Positions 9,615 through 19,807 of a stretch of DNA of 64,000 nucleotides are shown here, in pieces (position 1 is the stretch's first letter; each line of letters starts with the position of its first letter). The notes below the pieces were generated by a model. The model saw nothing but the letters and a program-made list of their open reading frames with translations, did no database searches and was not told where the DNA came from. The stretch spans positions 11,223 to 75,222 of the forward strand of contig JBBKWH010000095.1 of NCBI GenBank assembly GCA_037968855.1, given 5' to 3'. Both the position numbers and the translations under genes were made by a program. The DNA is from Moraxellaceae bacterium (lineage in GTDB: Bacteria; Pseudomonadota; Gammaproteobacteria; Pseudomonadales; Moraxellaceae).

Positions 9615-10710
9615 TTACAGACCCATCTTTAAGCTGGCTTCGATGAACTTGTCCAAATCACCATCAAGCACCGCGCCGGTATTGGAGGTTTCGACACTGG
9701 TGCGCAGGTCTTTAATCCGTGAATCATCCAATACATAGGAGCGAATCTGGCTGCCCCAACCAATGTCCGATTTGGTGGCTTCGAGCGCTTGCTGGGCCGC
9801 ACTACGCTTTTGTAGCTCTAGCTCATACAATTTGGCGCGTAATAATTTCCATGCACGGTCACGGTTGGCGTGTTGGCTGCGTTCGTTTTGGCAGGCCACC
9901 ACGGTATTGGTCGGGACGTGGGTCAAACGCACCGCAGAGTCGGTTTTGTTAATGTGCTGACCACCCGCACCGGAGGCGCGATAAGTATCGGTACGCACAT
10001 CCGCCGGATTGATATCGATGTCGATGTCATCGTCAACTTCGGGCGAGACAAACACCGATGAGAACGAGGTATGGCGACGGTTACCGCTATCAAACGGTGA
10101 CTTACGCACCAAACGATGCACGCCGGTTTCGGTACGCAACCAACCAAAGGCATACTCGCCTTCCACCCGAATGGTGGCACTTTTTAAGCCCGCGACTTCG
10201 CCGCTGGACTCTTCCATAATCTCGGCTTTAAAACCGTGGCGCTCAATCCAACGCAAGTACATGCGCATCAGCATCGAGGCCCAATCTTGCGCTTCTGTCC
10301 CGCCCGAACCGGCCTGAATATCAACAAAGCAGCAGTTTGGGTCCATTGGATTAGAGAACATACGGCGGAATTCGAGTTTGGCCATCTCGGCTTCGGACAC
10401 GTCTAATAGCGTGGTCACTTCGTCAAGCAGCTCTTCTTCGTCGGCTTCAACGGCAAGGTCTAACATCGCTTGCGCGTCTTCAAGTTGATCAGCCAAGGTG
10501 TCGAGCACGCCGACGCTGTTTTCTAGCTCGCCTTTTTCTTTGGCCATCGCTTGGGCGCGCGATTGGTCGTTCCAGATGTTTGGATCTTCCAATTCACGTA
10601 GGACTTCTTCCAAACGCTCTTTTTTCAGATCGTAGTTAAAGATACCCCCTGAGCGTGTTGCCACGCTCGCGAAGGTCTTTGAGTCGGTTCAGATACGGAT
10701 TAATTTCCAC
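9615..10710 (-). CDS. prfB: Peptide chain release factor 2 with programmed +1 ribosomal frameshift
   Basis: Frame 0 (start to 10636) encodes ...[24 protein letters not shown] then a stop. The +1 frame continues [12 protein letters not shown]... through SPF and GGQ motifs to 9615. Probable GTG start at 10710 (VEINPY...). Alignment to E. coli RF2 is unambiguous. Confidence 0.9.
10633..10651 (-). other. prfB frameshift cassette: internal SD AGGGGG, then TAT CTT TAA C
   Basis: Minus strand reads CTCAGGGGGTATCTTTAACTAC. The in-frame stop is TAA (plus 10636-10638), not TGA. Confidence 0.85.
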
Positions 10711-10897
10711 GGTAAAGACGCTCTTAGACTGGCTATGCACAAGGGGCGAGATTTTAGCATGTTGCGCCGATCCATTCACGCGATGCACGCCGACTGGTCT
10801 GTCAGCGCGGTCAAGCAACCGTTAGACAAGGCTGGTCTTGTATCGCGCTTAGAATGCTCTAGGATGAGCGTCGGTTGATTTAAACATTTGATGGGTC

Positions 10898-11890
10898 ATG
10901 GAACTTTTATTTTTGGGTACGTCTGCGGGCATTCCCACACGTCATCGCAATGTGACAGCATTGGCCCTCAAGCGACGCCAGTCTAAGGCATGGGTGTTGA
11001 TTGACTGTGGCGAAGGCACGCAGCATCAATTGCTGAATACCTCGCTGTCGCTCAAGCATTTAAGCGCGATTTGCATTACCCACGTGCATGGCGATCATTG
11101 CTTTGGCTTGTTTGGCGTATTGGCCAGTGCCGCGATGTATAAACGCAGCGAACCCTTGCTGATTATTTCCCCCGATGGCATCCAACAGATGGTTGAGCTG
11201 GTGATCGACAAAAGCGACACCCATCTGCCCTATCCATTGATCTTTCGCACACCGGATACGCTAGTGGCCTCGACCTGCCATGTCTTGCCGGTCGATGACT
11301 TTTGTATTCGCACGGTGGCTTTATCACATCGTGTGCCGTCGTATGCCTATGTGTTTAATGAGCGTTATACCAGCAGCGCGCTCAATGTCGATAAGCTTAA
11401 ACAAGATGATATCCCACAAGGCCCACTGTGGCAGCAGATTCAAAAAGGCGTTGATGTCGAGCTGAATGATGGACGACGGATTGTTGCCGAAGACTATCAA
11501 CTGCCTAAACCACCATCACGACGGGTGATTGTGGGTGGCGATAACGATACGCCCAAGCTGTTGGCAGAAGTTGCGCAAACCGCTCAAGTATTGGTTCACG
11601 AAGCCACCTACAGCCTAGAGATTTCGCAAAAAGTTGGCCCCTTCCCTCAACACACCGATGTCACAACCTTGGCTCAGTTTGCCGAGTCGGTGCATTTGCC
11701 CAACCTGATCATGACCCACTTTAGCGCGCGCTATGGTCACGAGCCTGAGCACGAACCGAGTGTGTATGACTTGTTAGCCGAAGCTCAGGCGTACTATCAG
11801 GGTCAGGTATTTTTAGCTGAAGATTTTGCGCAGTTTTATTTGGATGCAAACGGCGTGTTAAGCCAACAAAAAACCGCTATCGCTGGTTAG
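10898..11890 (+). CDS. rbn: Ribonuclease BN / RNase Z (metallo-beta-lactamase fold)
   Basis: MELLFLGTSAGIPTRHRNVTAL...DCGEGTQHQLL...HVHGDHCFG resembles E. coli RNase BN (ElaC). Confidence 0.85.
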   Translation: MELLFLGTSAGIPTRHRNVTALALKRRQSKAWVLIDCGEGTQHQLLNTSLSLKHLSAICITHVHGDHCFGLFGVLASAAMYKRSEPLLIISPDGIQQMVELVIDKSDTHLPYPLIFRTPDTLVASTCHVLPVDDFCIRTVALSHRVPSYAYVFNERYTSSALNVDKLKQDDIPQGPLWQQIQKGVDVELNDGRRIVAEDYQLPKPPSRRVIVGGDNDTPKLLAEVAQTAQVLVHEATYSLEISQKVGPFPQHTDVTTLAQFAESVHLPNLIMTHFSARYGHEPEHEPSVYDLLAEAQAYYQGQVFLAEDFAQFYLDANGVLSQQKTAIAG

Positions 11891-11927
11891 GCCATAGCGG
11901 TTTTATTCACCATAAATCGGACAGCGT

Positions 11928-13409
11928 TTAGAAGCCGATGCTGGTCAGCAGGAGCACTGTGGCTTCGCTGGTCAGACTAAACTGATAACGGTCTGCGGTG
12001 AAGTTTTTCTCTTTGGCCTTCATCAACGGTGCCGTTGGGTCGGTCAAGTTATTGAGATAGTCGTTCATGTCCAAGCCAAGCTCTTGGATGTCGGCAGTGC
12101 GGCCCACATTTGAGGTCATGGTATGGCCATACAACCAACGACGGGTGGCAGGGATATAAAAGCCATAGTTTGGGACAGGCTGCATCTTGTCGGTAAAGCG
12201 ATCAATGTCGATTTTCCAACGCGCCAAGGTATTGGCTTTACGCACCTCAGGATCATTGCCTTGGGTGTCGGTAAAGAAACGGCGATACGAATAAGTACCA
12301 AACACATAGTCTTCTTGTGTGGTGGTCATTGACAGACGATCTTTTGGCCAGCGATTGGCAGTGGCAATATTCAGCGTGCCAAAGTTGCTGACATCCAGAC
12401 CCGTCAACTCAACCTTGTACCAGTCCAGCAAGCTACGGAAGCTCCCATCAGCCAATTGGCGCTTTTCGGTTAAACCCCAAATCGGCAAGGCAGTCCGGTG
12501 TAGTGGTGCTGAAGGGTTGGCGGCATCGCTGCCGTTTTGATCGGCAAAAAATGACGGGCCAGCATCGTTAAGCATAAAGCCTTGCTTGACCGGAAACAGC
12601 AAGCGAACGGCGTGATATAGCGCCGTTGCACCCACACCACCAGCACTTTGACCAGTAAACATCAGTTGTTGTGGGGCTTGTAGGTTGTTACGCACCCACG
12701 CGGCCACTTGGAGCGAGTTAATAATCCCATTGTGATAAATGGTCACAGGCGGCTTGATGCCAGCCGGATCGGTATACACATGCGTCGACAGCCCCGCATG
12801 TACATCACCCGTGCAATACGGCACAAACACTTTGTTCCAGCCCATGACCTTATTGTCTAGATCTGGCGAGCTGTCTTTCAGCAAGGCCGAATAAATCGGA
12901 ATGAGCGCCGATTTGTCCGTGTTGCTCAGGCCAGAGGTCGCAATCACAGCACTGGTGTCTTTATTACTACTGGCTTTGAGCACGTTGCCTAGGGTATTGC
13001 CGGAGGCCAATGTGCTAGAGCAACTGTCGTAATCCCAACATGCCCCACCGCCTTCCAAAAACACCATCAGGTTGCTGGTTGAGGCGCGACGATTAACCCA
13101 AAATGAAAATGGCGAACCATCGCCACACTTTGCACCAGTCGATGGATCGAGTTTGACCTCTTGCCATTGATCATAGGCTTTGGGATCAAAGCCATCGTCA
13201 AATCCGGCCGGATTGCTATTGATGGCCAACGGAATCAGTTTTTTATCTGCCGCAGTAATGGGGCGATCGGCTGTTTTTGGAAAACTTTGGTTAAGGCGGG
13301 TTTGAAACGCCGAATAGTCACCAACGTCGGCATGTGCCAAGGTTATGGCACTGGATGCAACACCAAGTGCCAGCATCCCTGCAAGTCGGGTGCGATGGAT
13401 AAGGGACAT
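11928..13409 (-). CDS. Secreted alpha/beta hydrolase of the pectinacetylesterase/Notum-like family (putative esterase)
   Basis: Signal peptide MSLIHRTRLAGMLALGVASSAITLAHA. Contains LEGGGACWDYDSC (the GGGxC block typical of PAE/Notum) and GQSAGG (nucleophile elbow). ATG preceded by GAGAGGA. Confidence 0.55.
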   Translation of the reverse strand: MSLIHRTRLAGMLALGVASSAITLAHADVGDYSAFQTRLNQSFPKTADRPITAADKKLIPLAINSNPAGFDDGFDPKAYDQWQEVKLDPSTGAKCGDGSPFSFWVNRRASTSNLMVFLEGGGACWDYDSCSSTLASGNTLGNVLKASSNKDTSAVIATSGLSNTDKSALIPIYSALLKDSSPDLDNKVMGWNKVFVPYCTGDVHAGLSTHVYTDPAGIKPPVTIYHNGIINSLQVAAWVRNNLQAPQQLMFTGQSAGGVGATALYHAVRLLFPVKQGFMLNDAGPSFFADQNGSDAANPSAPLHRTALPIWGLTEKRQLADGSFRSLLDWYKVELTGLDVSNFGTLNIATANRWPKDRLSMTTTQEDYVFGTYSYRRFFTDTQGNDPEVRKANTLARWKIDIDRFTDKMQPVPNYGFYIPATRRWLYGHTMTSNVGRTADIQELGLDMNDYLNNLTDPTAPLMKAKEKNFTADRYQFSLTSEATVLLLTSIGF

Positions 13410-13514
13410 GAGATCCTCTCAATATTGTGATTATGGATTACGGGCAAACCTGTGTACCCTAGGCGCAGGGCCAACGCGCCAAAACAACAATACCCAAACC
13501 AAGGAGTGTGCGAG

Positions 13515-14174
13515 ATGCACAAACAGATCGGACTGGCCGCTCTTTTCATTCTGATCTTGGCGATGATTGCCATCGGTCTGAATCAGCGTTCTGAAGCTAA
13601 CAAAGCTGCGTTATTGCAACAAACAGATTCCGGCCAACTGCGCTCCGTTGATCGGAATGAACAACAAACTGCCAAGGACGACACACTTTTTAGCCGCGCC
13701 GCACCTGCCAATGATGCCAATCCCTTACGCACCGATGACACCACGCATGACCGGCTGATTCGCCACATGAAGCAACTGTATCTGCAAGCCAAGCTGCATC
13801 AGGGTTTAGATCTAGATGTGGTCAAGGCCAGCCTAGCCGATCTCGACAGTCTTGAAAGCAAAGGCATTATGCTGCCTGCCGAAGCCAAAGAGCATCGCCA
13901 ATGGTTAGCTGAACAACAGCCCCAACTGGCCAGCACGATTGCCCAGACTCAAGCGCGCTTTGATCAACAAGCCACAACCAAGGCCCAGCGTGATCAACAA
14001 CAACGCCAACAAGCACTCAGCAATGACAGTGCATTTAAACAATACAAAGTAGAAGAAAACCGGATTGTGACCGAGATCTTGCAACAGTACCCGCAAGCCT
14101 CAGTGCAACGGGATGCATTGATTGAGCAACGTTTGAATGCCTTGCATCGGCAGATTTATGGCGCAGGCAGTTAA
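13515..14174 (+). CDS. Hypothetical membrane-anchored, Gln-rich periplasmic protein
   Basis: ATG at 13515 with AAGGAG upstream. One N-terminal TM helix, then a helical Q/A/E-rich sequence. Stop overlaps recJ stop region. Confidence 0.45.
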   Translation: MHKQIGLAALFILILAMIAIGLNQRSEANKAALLQQTDSGQLRSVDRNEQQTAKDDTLFSRAAPANDANPLRTDDTTHDRLIRHMKQLYLQAKLHQGLDLDVVKASLADLDSLESKGIMLPAEAKEHRQWLAEQQPQLASTIAQTQARFDQQATTKAQRDQQQRQQALSNDSAFKQYKVEENRIVTEILQQYPQASVQRDALIEQRLNALHRQIYGAGS

Positions 14175-15901
14175 GCCAGCGGTTCGACATACTGCACCAT
14201 CAACTGCAAGCGCCGCTCACCACGAAAGTGATTAATGTCCAGTTGATAGGCCAGATACACCGTGCTGGCCGACTCAGGCCACGCCGGATCGGCATTAAAC
14301 CAAATGGCCTCGACCCATGCGCCGCCATCGGTAGGACGTAACAGCCATTTGATGTGTTTGCCTTGTAGCCAGCGCTGCTCAAGCACCGCAAACTGCCCCT
14401 CAAATACTGGCGCAGCAAAGCCCTGTCCCCATGGCCCACCCGTCAGCAACTGTTGAGCAAAACCCAGCGAGAGTTGGTCGGCAGCCAATACGCCATCGGT
14501 CAACAATACCGGCGCAAACAAGCTGTCGTCATGCTCGGCAATCACTGCTTCAAATGCAGCAATAAAGGTTGGTAACTGATCGGCAGCAAGTGTTAAGCCA
14601 GCCGCCATAGCATGACCACCAAAATGACTAATCACCCCTTGGTGCTGCTCGGCCACCCGTTCAATGGCATCGCGAATATGCACACCCGCAATCGAACGGG
14701 CCGAGCCTTTTAGCCATTGTGCTGACTCGTCGCTAGGTGCAAACACGATACTAGGCCGATGAAATTGCTCTTTAAGCCGTCCGGCCACAATGCCAATCAC
14801 CCCTTGGTGCCAGCTTGGTTCGTACAACACAATTGCATGTGGCAACTGACCATCGGCAAACAACACCCGATCCGACAACAAGGCCAAGGCATCGCTTTTC
14901 ATCTCGGCTTCAACATGACGGCGCTCACGATTGAGCTGATCGAGTTGCTCCGCCAACGGTCTGGCGCTGTCCATATCTGCTGCCAGCAAGCACTCAATGC
15001 CAATCCGCATATTGTCCATACGACCTGCGGCATTGATCCGAGGCCCCAGCACAAAGCCCAAATCCTGCGCGTTTAACTGATCTGGCTTACGTCCAGCAAT
15101 CTCTAGCAAGGCCAGCAATCCGGCACGGCATTGACCCGCTCGAATACGCTGTACGCCATGCGCCACCAAAATGCGGTTGTTGGCGTCTAAAGGCGCAACA
15201 TCGGCCACCGTACCAAGCGCCACCAAATCCAAATAATCGGTCAGTTTGGCCGTCGCCTTACCCAAGCCACGCCGATGGGTCGCCAGCGCAGCCAACAGAT
15301 AAAACGCCACACCGACCCCCGCCAAAGCTTTACTGGCAAAGGCACAGTCGGGTTGATTGGGATTGACCACTGCCAAGGCAGGCGGAACAGCTTTGCTGGT
15401 TAAGTGATGATCGGTAATGATCACCTCAACGCCCGCTGCATGGGCTGCCGCAACGCCTTGATGACTCGAAATACCGTTATCGACCGTGACAATCAGGTCT
15501 GGCTGATAGTCGGATAACGCCAAGCCAACAATCTCTGGCGTTAAGCCATAACCATACTTAAAACGATCTGGCACCAAAAAATCCACCAGCGCGCCCATCC
15601 GCCGCAAGGCCAACACCATTAACGCGGTACTGGTCGCGCCATCAGCATCAAAGTCACCGACAATCAAAATGCGCTGTTGCTGATCAATGGCCTGATCCAA
15701 GCGCGCAAGCGCTGTGCTGAGTCCTTTAAGGTCCTGTGCGGGCAATAACCGACTCAGCTTAAGCTGTAGTTCGTCCGGATGTTGTACGCCACGCGCCGCA
15801 TACAGGCGGGCTAATGCCAGCGGCAAACTGGACAATGTGGCGGGAATGGCGGTCTGTAAGCGCGGTTGCAGCGCTAAAGTCTGAGAAATAGTCATGACCA
15901 T
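14171..15901 (-). CDS. recJ: Single-stranded-DNA-specific exonuclease RecJ
   Basis: DHH/DHHA1 architecture (ILIVGDFDADGATSTAL..., ...DHH...), 576 aa, with a C-terminal OB-like domain. Confidence 0.9.
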   Translation of the reverse strand: MVMTISQTLALQPRLQTAIPATLSSLPLALARLYAARGVQHPDELQLKLSRLLPAQDLKGLSTALARLDQAIDQQQRILIVGDFDADGATSTALMVLALRRMGALVDFLVPDRFKYGYGLTPEIVGLALSDYQPDLIVTVDNGISSHQGVAAAHAAGVEVIITDHHLTSKAVPPALAVVNPNQPDCAFASKALAGVGVAFYLLAALATHRRGLGKATAKLTDYLDLVALGTVADVAPLDANNRILVAHGVQRIRAGQCRAGLLALLEIAGRKPDQLNAQDLGFVLGPRINAAGRMDNMRIGIECLLAADMDSARPLAEQLDQLNRERRHVEAEMKSDALALLSDRVLFADGQLPHAIVLYEPSWHQGVIGIVAGRLKEQFHRPSIVFAPSDESAQWLKGSARSIAGVHIRDAIERVAEQHQGVISHFGGHAMAAGLTLAADQLPTFIAAFEAVIAEHDDSLFAPVLLTDGVLAADQLSLGFAQQLLTGGPWGQGFAAPVFEGQFAVLEQRWLQGKHIKWLLRPTDGGAWVEAIWFNADPAWPESASTVYLAYQLDINHFRGERRLQLMVQYVEPLA

Positions 15902-15989
15902 ATTATGACTGATTCGGCATCAGACACATGACGATAGTAGCAAGCAAATTATGCACGATGCGCGATGCGATGTGATTTGGTCGTGCGCT

Positions 15990-16270
15990 GGGTTTTGGCT
16001 TTAATGACCTTCGCTTTAACCGTCTTTTTCTTGCTGGTTTTGACAGGTTGTGCCTTGGCTTTGCTTTTTTTCGCTTTGGCCTTGATCACCTTAGCTTTTA
16101 CGGCTTTTTTCTTGCTGGCTTTGACGGGCCGTGCCTGAGCTTTGCCTGACTTTACTTTTATTCGCTTTGGCCTTGATCACCTTGGCTTTTACGGCTTTTT
16201 TCTTGTTAGTTTTGTGACTGGCAGCGGTGCTGTGCTGGGTTGCTTTGGCCTTACGTGGGGGTACCGCTTG
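15990..16270. repeat. Tandem repeats of 81 and 91 nt encoding K/A/V-rich motifs
   Basis: Three imperfect copies, starting near 16204, 16113 and 16032 on the coding strand. The unit is AAGAAAAAAGCCGTAAAAGCCAAGGTGATCAAGGCCAAAGCGAA.... Copy spacings are 91 nt then 81 nt. Confidence 0.7.
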
Positions 16271-16414
16271 GCCTTTTTTGGCCTGCTCTAACTCGTAGCG
16301 TTCACGCACGCTCATGGCTTGGGCCGGTTGGATCATCAGCCAGCACGAGGCCAACATCACGAAAGCCGCAATGATTCGCCGAGTTGCGATAGAAAAATCA
16401 AACGTGCGTATCAT
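16091..16414 (-). CDS. Small secreted lysine-rich repeat protein (histone-H1/AlgP-like tail)
   Basis: ATG at 16414 (MIRTFDFSIATRRIIAAFVMLASCWLMIQPAQA signal). Mature part ...KKKAVKAKVIKAKANKSK.... The ORF stops at 16091 inside the second repeat copy. Confidence 0.5.
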   Translation of the reverse strand: MIRTFDFSIATRRIIAAFVMLASCWLMIQPAQAMSVRERYELEQAKKGQAVPPRKAKATQHSTAASHKTNKKKAVKAKVIKAKANKSKVRQSSGTARQSQQEKSRKS

Positions 16415-16522
16415 GATATATCGCCTGCCCAAAGCATCAAACCGAAGACGCGCATTATGCCGGATCACGCCCAGACCTGACCATCCTGTTGAGCGATCTG
16501 ATCTGGAACAGCGATCACAGCC

Positions 16523-17167
16523 TTATGGCATTAAGCGATTGATTTGCCAAGCATCACCGACGTACTGATATTCAAAACGATCATGCATCCGATTCGGCCG
16601 ACCTTGCCAAAACTCAAAATGATCGGGTATCAGCACATAACCGCCCCAAAACTCAGGCTTAGGCACAGTTTGACCATCAGGATATTGCTCGGCCAGTGCT
16701 GCAAAGCGCTGCTCTAAGGTCTCTCGATGATCGATCACGCCACTTTGCGGGGTACTCACCCACGCACCGAGCTGACTGTCATGCGGACGCTTATGAAAAT
16801 ACGCGGTCGATTCGGCCTCGCTCAAGCGCGCTACTCGCCCACCCACCCGAATTTGTTGCTCTAGCAATGGCCAGTAAAACAACAACTCAGCCTGTGGATT
16901 GATTGCCAAATCGTGGCCTTTTTGGCTGTCGTAATTGCTATAAAACACCAAACCCGCCGGACTAGAACCGCGCAATAATACGGTACGCGCATGCGGTCGG
17001 CCTGTTGCATCGGCAGTAGCCAAGGTCATGGCATACGGTTCGGGCAAGTCGGTTGAGAGCGCATGATTGAGCCAGTCGGTAAACTGGGCAAACGGATCAG
17101 CGCTTAAGTGCTCACGCTCTAACGCGCCTTTTTGGTAGCTCAGGCGTAGATCGCTTAAATCACTCAT
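16523..17167 (-). CDS. pdxH: Pyridoxamine 5'-phosphate oxidase PdxH
   Basis: [21 protein letters not shown]... aligns to PdxH throughout and ends ...[11 protein letters not shown] at 17167. Confidence 0.85.
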   Translation of the reverse strand: MSDLSDLRLSYQKGALEREHLSADPFAQFTDWLNHALSTDLPEPYAMTLATADATGRPHARTVLLRGSSPAGLVFYSNYDSQKGHDLAINPQAELLFYWPLLEQQIRVGGRVARLSEAESTAYFHKRPHDSQLGAWVSTPQSGVIDHRETLEQRFAALAEQYPDGQTVPKPEFWGGYVLIPDHFEFWQGRPNRMHDRFEYQYVGDAWQINRLMP

Positions 17168-17199
17168 GGCATCTGATGATGCGGTGTGGTCTATTGACG

Positions 17200-18534
17200 T
17201 CATGCAGGCACACTCAACTGCTCACGCACCAAATCAGCCAATTGATGGGCCATTTGCTCGACTTGGCTGCTTGACTCGCCTTCGACCATCACCCGAATCA
17301 TCGGCTCGGTGCCGGACTTGCGGATCAACAAACGGCCACGTCCGGCCAGATCACGCTCGGCCTGCGCAAAGGCATCCACCAGCACAGTATTGGCAAACGG
17401 ATCAGACATCTGTGCCAGACGGACGTTGACCAGTTTTTGTGGCAAAACTTGCATGCCTGTAGATAGTTCATGCAGGCTCTTGCCTTGCTCGACCACGGCG
17501 GCCAATACTTGTAGACCGGCAATGATCGCATCGCCGGTGGTGCTTTTATCCAGACACAAAATATGGCCTGATGGCTCACCACCCAAAGTCCAGCCTTCGG
17601 TTTCCAGATCAGCCATCACATAGCGGTCGCCGACTTTGGCCCGTCGAAAGCCCACTTGATGCGCTTGCAAGGCCAACTCTAAGCCCATGTTGCTCATCAA
17701 GGTGCCAACCACGCCGACGGCTTTTTGGCTGCGCTGAGTGGCCAAAATATACAAAATCGAATCACCATCAATCAAACGGCCCGTGTGATCGACCATCACA
17801 ATCCGGTCGCTATCGCCATCTAGGGCAATGCCAACATCCGCGCCGTGCTCGACCACTGCGCGTTGAATTGCCTCAGGATGTGTTGAGCCGCAGCCATCAT
17901 TAATGTTACGGCCATTTGGCGTATTAAAAATAGGAATCACCGTTGCACCAAGCTCTTGCAACACCGCAGGGCCAACGCTATAACCCGCACCATTGGCGCA
18001 GTCGATCACAATGGTCAGACCACGCAGGCTTAAATGATACGGAAAACTGGACTTACAAAATTCGATATAACGCCCTTTGGCATCATCCACTCGATAGCTT
18101 TTGCCCAATTGATCGGGTGCGTCGATAGTCAGCGGCAAATCCAACTGTGCACTAATCGCGTCTTGCACCGAGTCTGGTAGTTTTTTGCCTTCGCTAGAAA
18201 ACAGCTTAATGCCGTTATCAAAATACGGATTATGCGAAGCCGAAATCACAATCCCTGCATCAGCATGGAACGCACGAGTCATATGGGCAATGGCAGGCGT
18301 GGGCAGTGGACCAAGCAGGCGAACATCGACACCAGCGGCATTGAGTCCGGCTTGTAAGGCGGCTTCTAGCACATAACCAGACAAGCGAGTGTCTTTGCCC
18401 ATCACCACTTGCGTACGGCGACCTTCACGCGCTAATACGCGGCCTGCGGCATAGCCCAAATGCAGGGCAAATTCTGGGGTAATTGGCGTATCACCAAACT
18501 TACCGCGAATACCATCGGTGCCAAAGTAGCTCAT
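17200..18534 (-). CDS. glmM: Phosphoglucosamine mutase GlmM
   Basis: [14 protein letters not shown]... and the [13 protein letters not shown] active-site serine loop. Confidence 0.9.
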   Translation of the reverse strand: MSYFGTDGIRGKFGDTPITPEFALHLGYAAGRVLAREGRRTQVVMGKDTRLSGYVLEAALQAGLNAAGVDVRLLGPLPTPAIAHMTRAFHADAGIVISASHNPYFDNGIKLFSSEGKKLPDSVQDAISAQLDLPLTIDAPDQLGKSYRVDDAKGRYIEFCKSSFPYHLSLRGLTIVIDCANGAGYSVGPAVLQELGATVIPIFNTPNGRNINDGCGSTHPEAIQRAVVEHGADVGIALDGDSDRIVMVDHTGRLIDGDSILYILATQRSQKAVGVVGTLMSNMGLELALQAHQVGFRRAKVGDRYVMADLETEGWTLGGEPSGHILCLDKSTTGDAIIAGLQVLAAVVEQGKSLHELSTGMQVLPQKLVNVRLAQMSDPFANTVLVDAFAQAERDLAGRGRLLIRKSGTEPMIRVMVEGESSSQVEQMAHQLADLVREQLSVPA

Positions 18535-18647
18535 GTTGTCTGCCTATTGATTGAGGTCAAAATAATTGTTCGATTGTGGCAAATAATCGCCACAGAACAT
18601 AGCGTAAATCGCGAGCCATTGATTGAGTGACATTGATCCTGTTGCAT

Positions 18648-18680
18648 AAAAAAGACCTCACAGATGCGAGGTCTTTTTTT
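18648..18680. terminator. Rho-independent terminator downstream of ppa (bidirectional form)
   Basis: AAAAAAGACCTC-ACAGATGC-GAGGTCTTTTTTT. Confidence 0.6.
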
Positions 18681-18726
18681 CATCATCAAACAGGTGCAGT
18701 GATCGCACAGGTTGAATCAGCTCGGC

Positions 18727-19254
18727 TTATTTTTGAAACGCGTCAATCGACTTCATGATTTCAGCTTTGGCCACGTCTGAGCCTTCCCAACCAGTCAGCT
18801 TGACCCATTTGCCTTTTTCGAGGTCTTTATAATGGGCAAAGAAGTGCTCGATTTGCTGGATCAGCAATTCTGGCAGGTCGGTATATTCTTGTACGTGGGT
18901 GTACAGCGGTGACAATTTGTCATGCGGTACAGCGATGAGCTTGGCATCAATCCCGCCGTCATCTTCCATGTTTAGCTTGCCGACCGGACGGCAGCGAATC
19001 ACCGAACCAGCTTGGACAGGATGTGGCGTCACCACCAACACGTCTAGCGGGTCACCATCTTCTGACAATGTGTTTGGCACATAGCCGTAGTTGGCTGGGT
19101 AGAACATCGCTGCCCCCATAAAGCGGTCAACGAACAATGCATCGGAGTCCTTGTCGATCTCGTATTTGATCGGATCGGCATTGGCTGGAATTTCGATGAT
19201 GACATAGATGTCATTTGGGGCGTCTTTGCCCGGTGGAATGTTGTTGTAGCTCAT
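18727..19254 (-). CDS. ppa: Inorganic pyrophosphatase
   Basis: 175 aa, family I PPase motifs (DGDPLDVLV, ...KLIAVP...). Confidence 0.9.
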   Translation of the reverse strand: MSYNNIPPGKDAPNDIYVIIEIPANADPIKYEIDKDSDALFVDRFMGAAMFYPANYGYVPNTLSEDGDPLDVLVVTPHPVQAGSVIRCRPVGKLNMEDDGGIDAKLIAVPHDKLSPLYTHVQEYTDLPELLIQQIEHFFAHYKDLEKGKWVKLTGWEGSDVAKAEIMKSIDAFQK

Positions 19255-19408
19255 AAGACAGGCTCAAAAGAGGTTAGACAAAAATCATTGGCGATTATAA
19301 CGGCTCAAGCGGATTTGGGGGCAGATCTATTATGCATCTGCGAGGCAATAGACCAACCGTTAATCGGCATTTCTATGGCCTGATGATTCGACCTGATGCG
19401 CTAAAGGA

Positions 19409-19807
19409 TTAACTCAGTCGTGCAGCAAACAACAGCAACATGATCGGACAGGCCAACCCAAGCACCCACAAAATCGACCGCAAGGTGGCCCAGTTAATCA
19501 GATACGCCACGCCATACAACACCCGCAAGATCACATAAAACATCGCCAATTGGTTAATCACCACCTGCGACACCACCATATACTCGGCCATCAAGACCGC
19601 CGCCAAAAATACTGGCAAGGTCTCATAACTATTGGCTTGTGCGGCATTGGCACGCGCCGCCAAACCGTGGGTCTGCGCCAAAAATGCACGCGGGTTTTGG
19701 TTATCTTTGGGCTTAAATCCAGCCGTAATTTTGGCAATCACGGCAAACAGCAACGGCAACAAACTGGCAGCGATCATGCTGTAAATCGCAGGACTAATTT
19801 GGCTCAT
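19409..19807 (-). CDS. MAPEG-family inner-membrane protein
   Basis: 132 aa with 3-4 TM helices and the conserved ...[12 protein letters not shown]... Its start overlaps the cysK stop (ATGA). Confidence 0.6.
   Translation of the reverse strand: MSQISPAIYSMIAASLLPLLFAVIAKITAGFKPKDNQNPRAFLAQTHGLAARANAAQANSYETLPVFLAAVLMAEYMVVSQVVINQLAMFYVILRVLYGVAYLINWATLRSILWVLGLACPIMLLLFAARLS

Noticed and set aside
13515-14174. Lipase-specific foldase (Lif) paired with the neighbouring esterase
   Set aside because: It is membrane-anchored and helical like Lif, but the conserved RxxFDY(F/C)L(S/T)A foldase motif is absent, and the genes are divergent rather than co-operonic.
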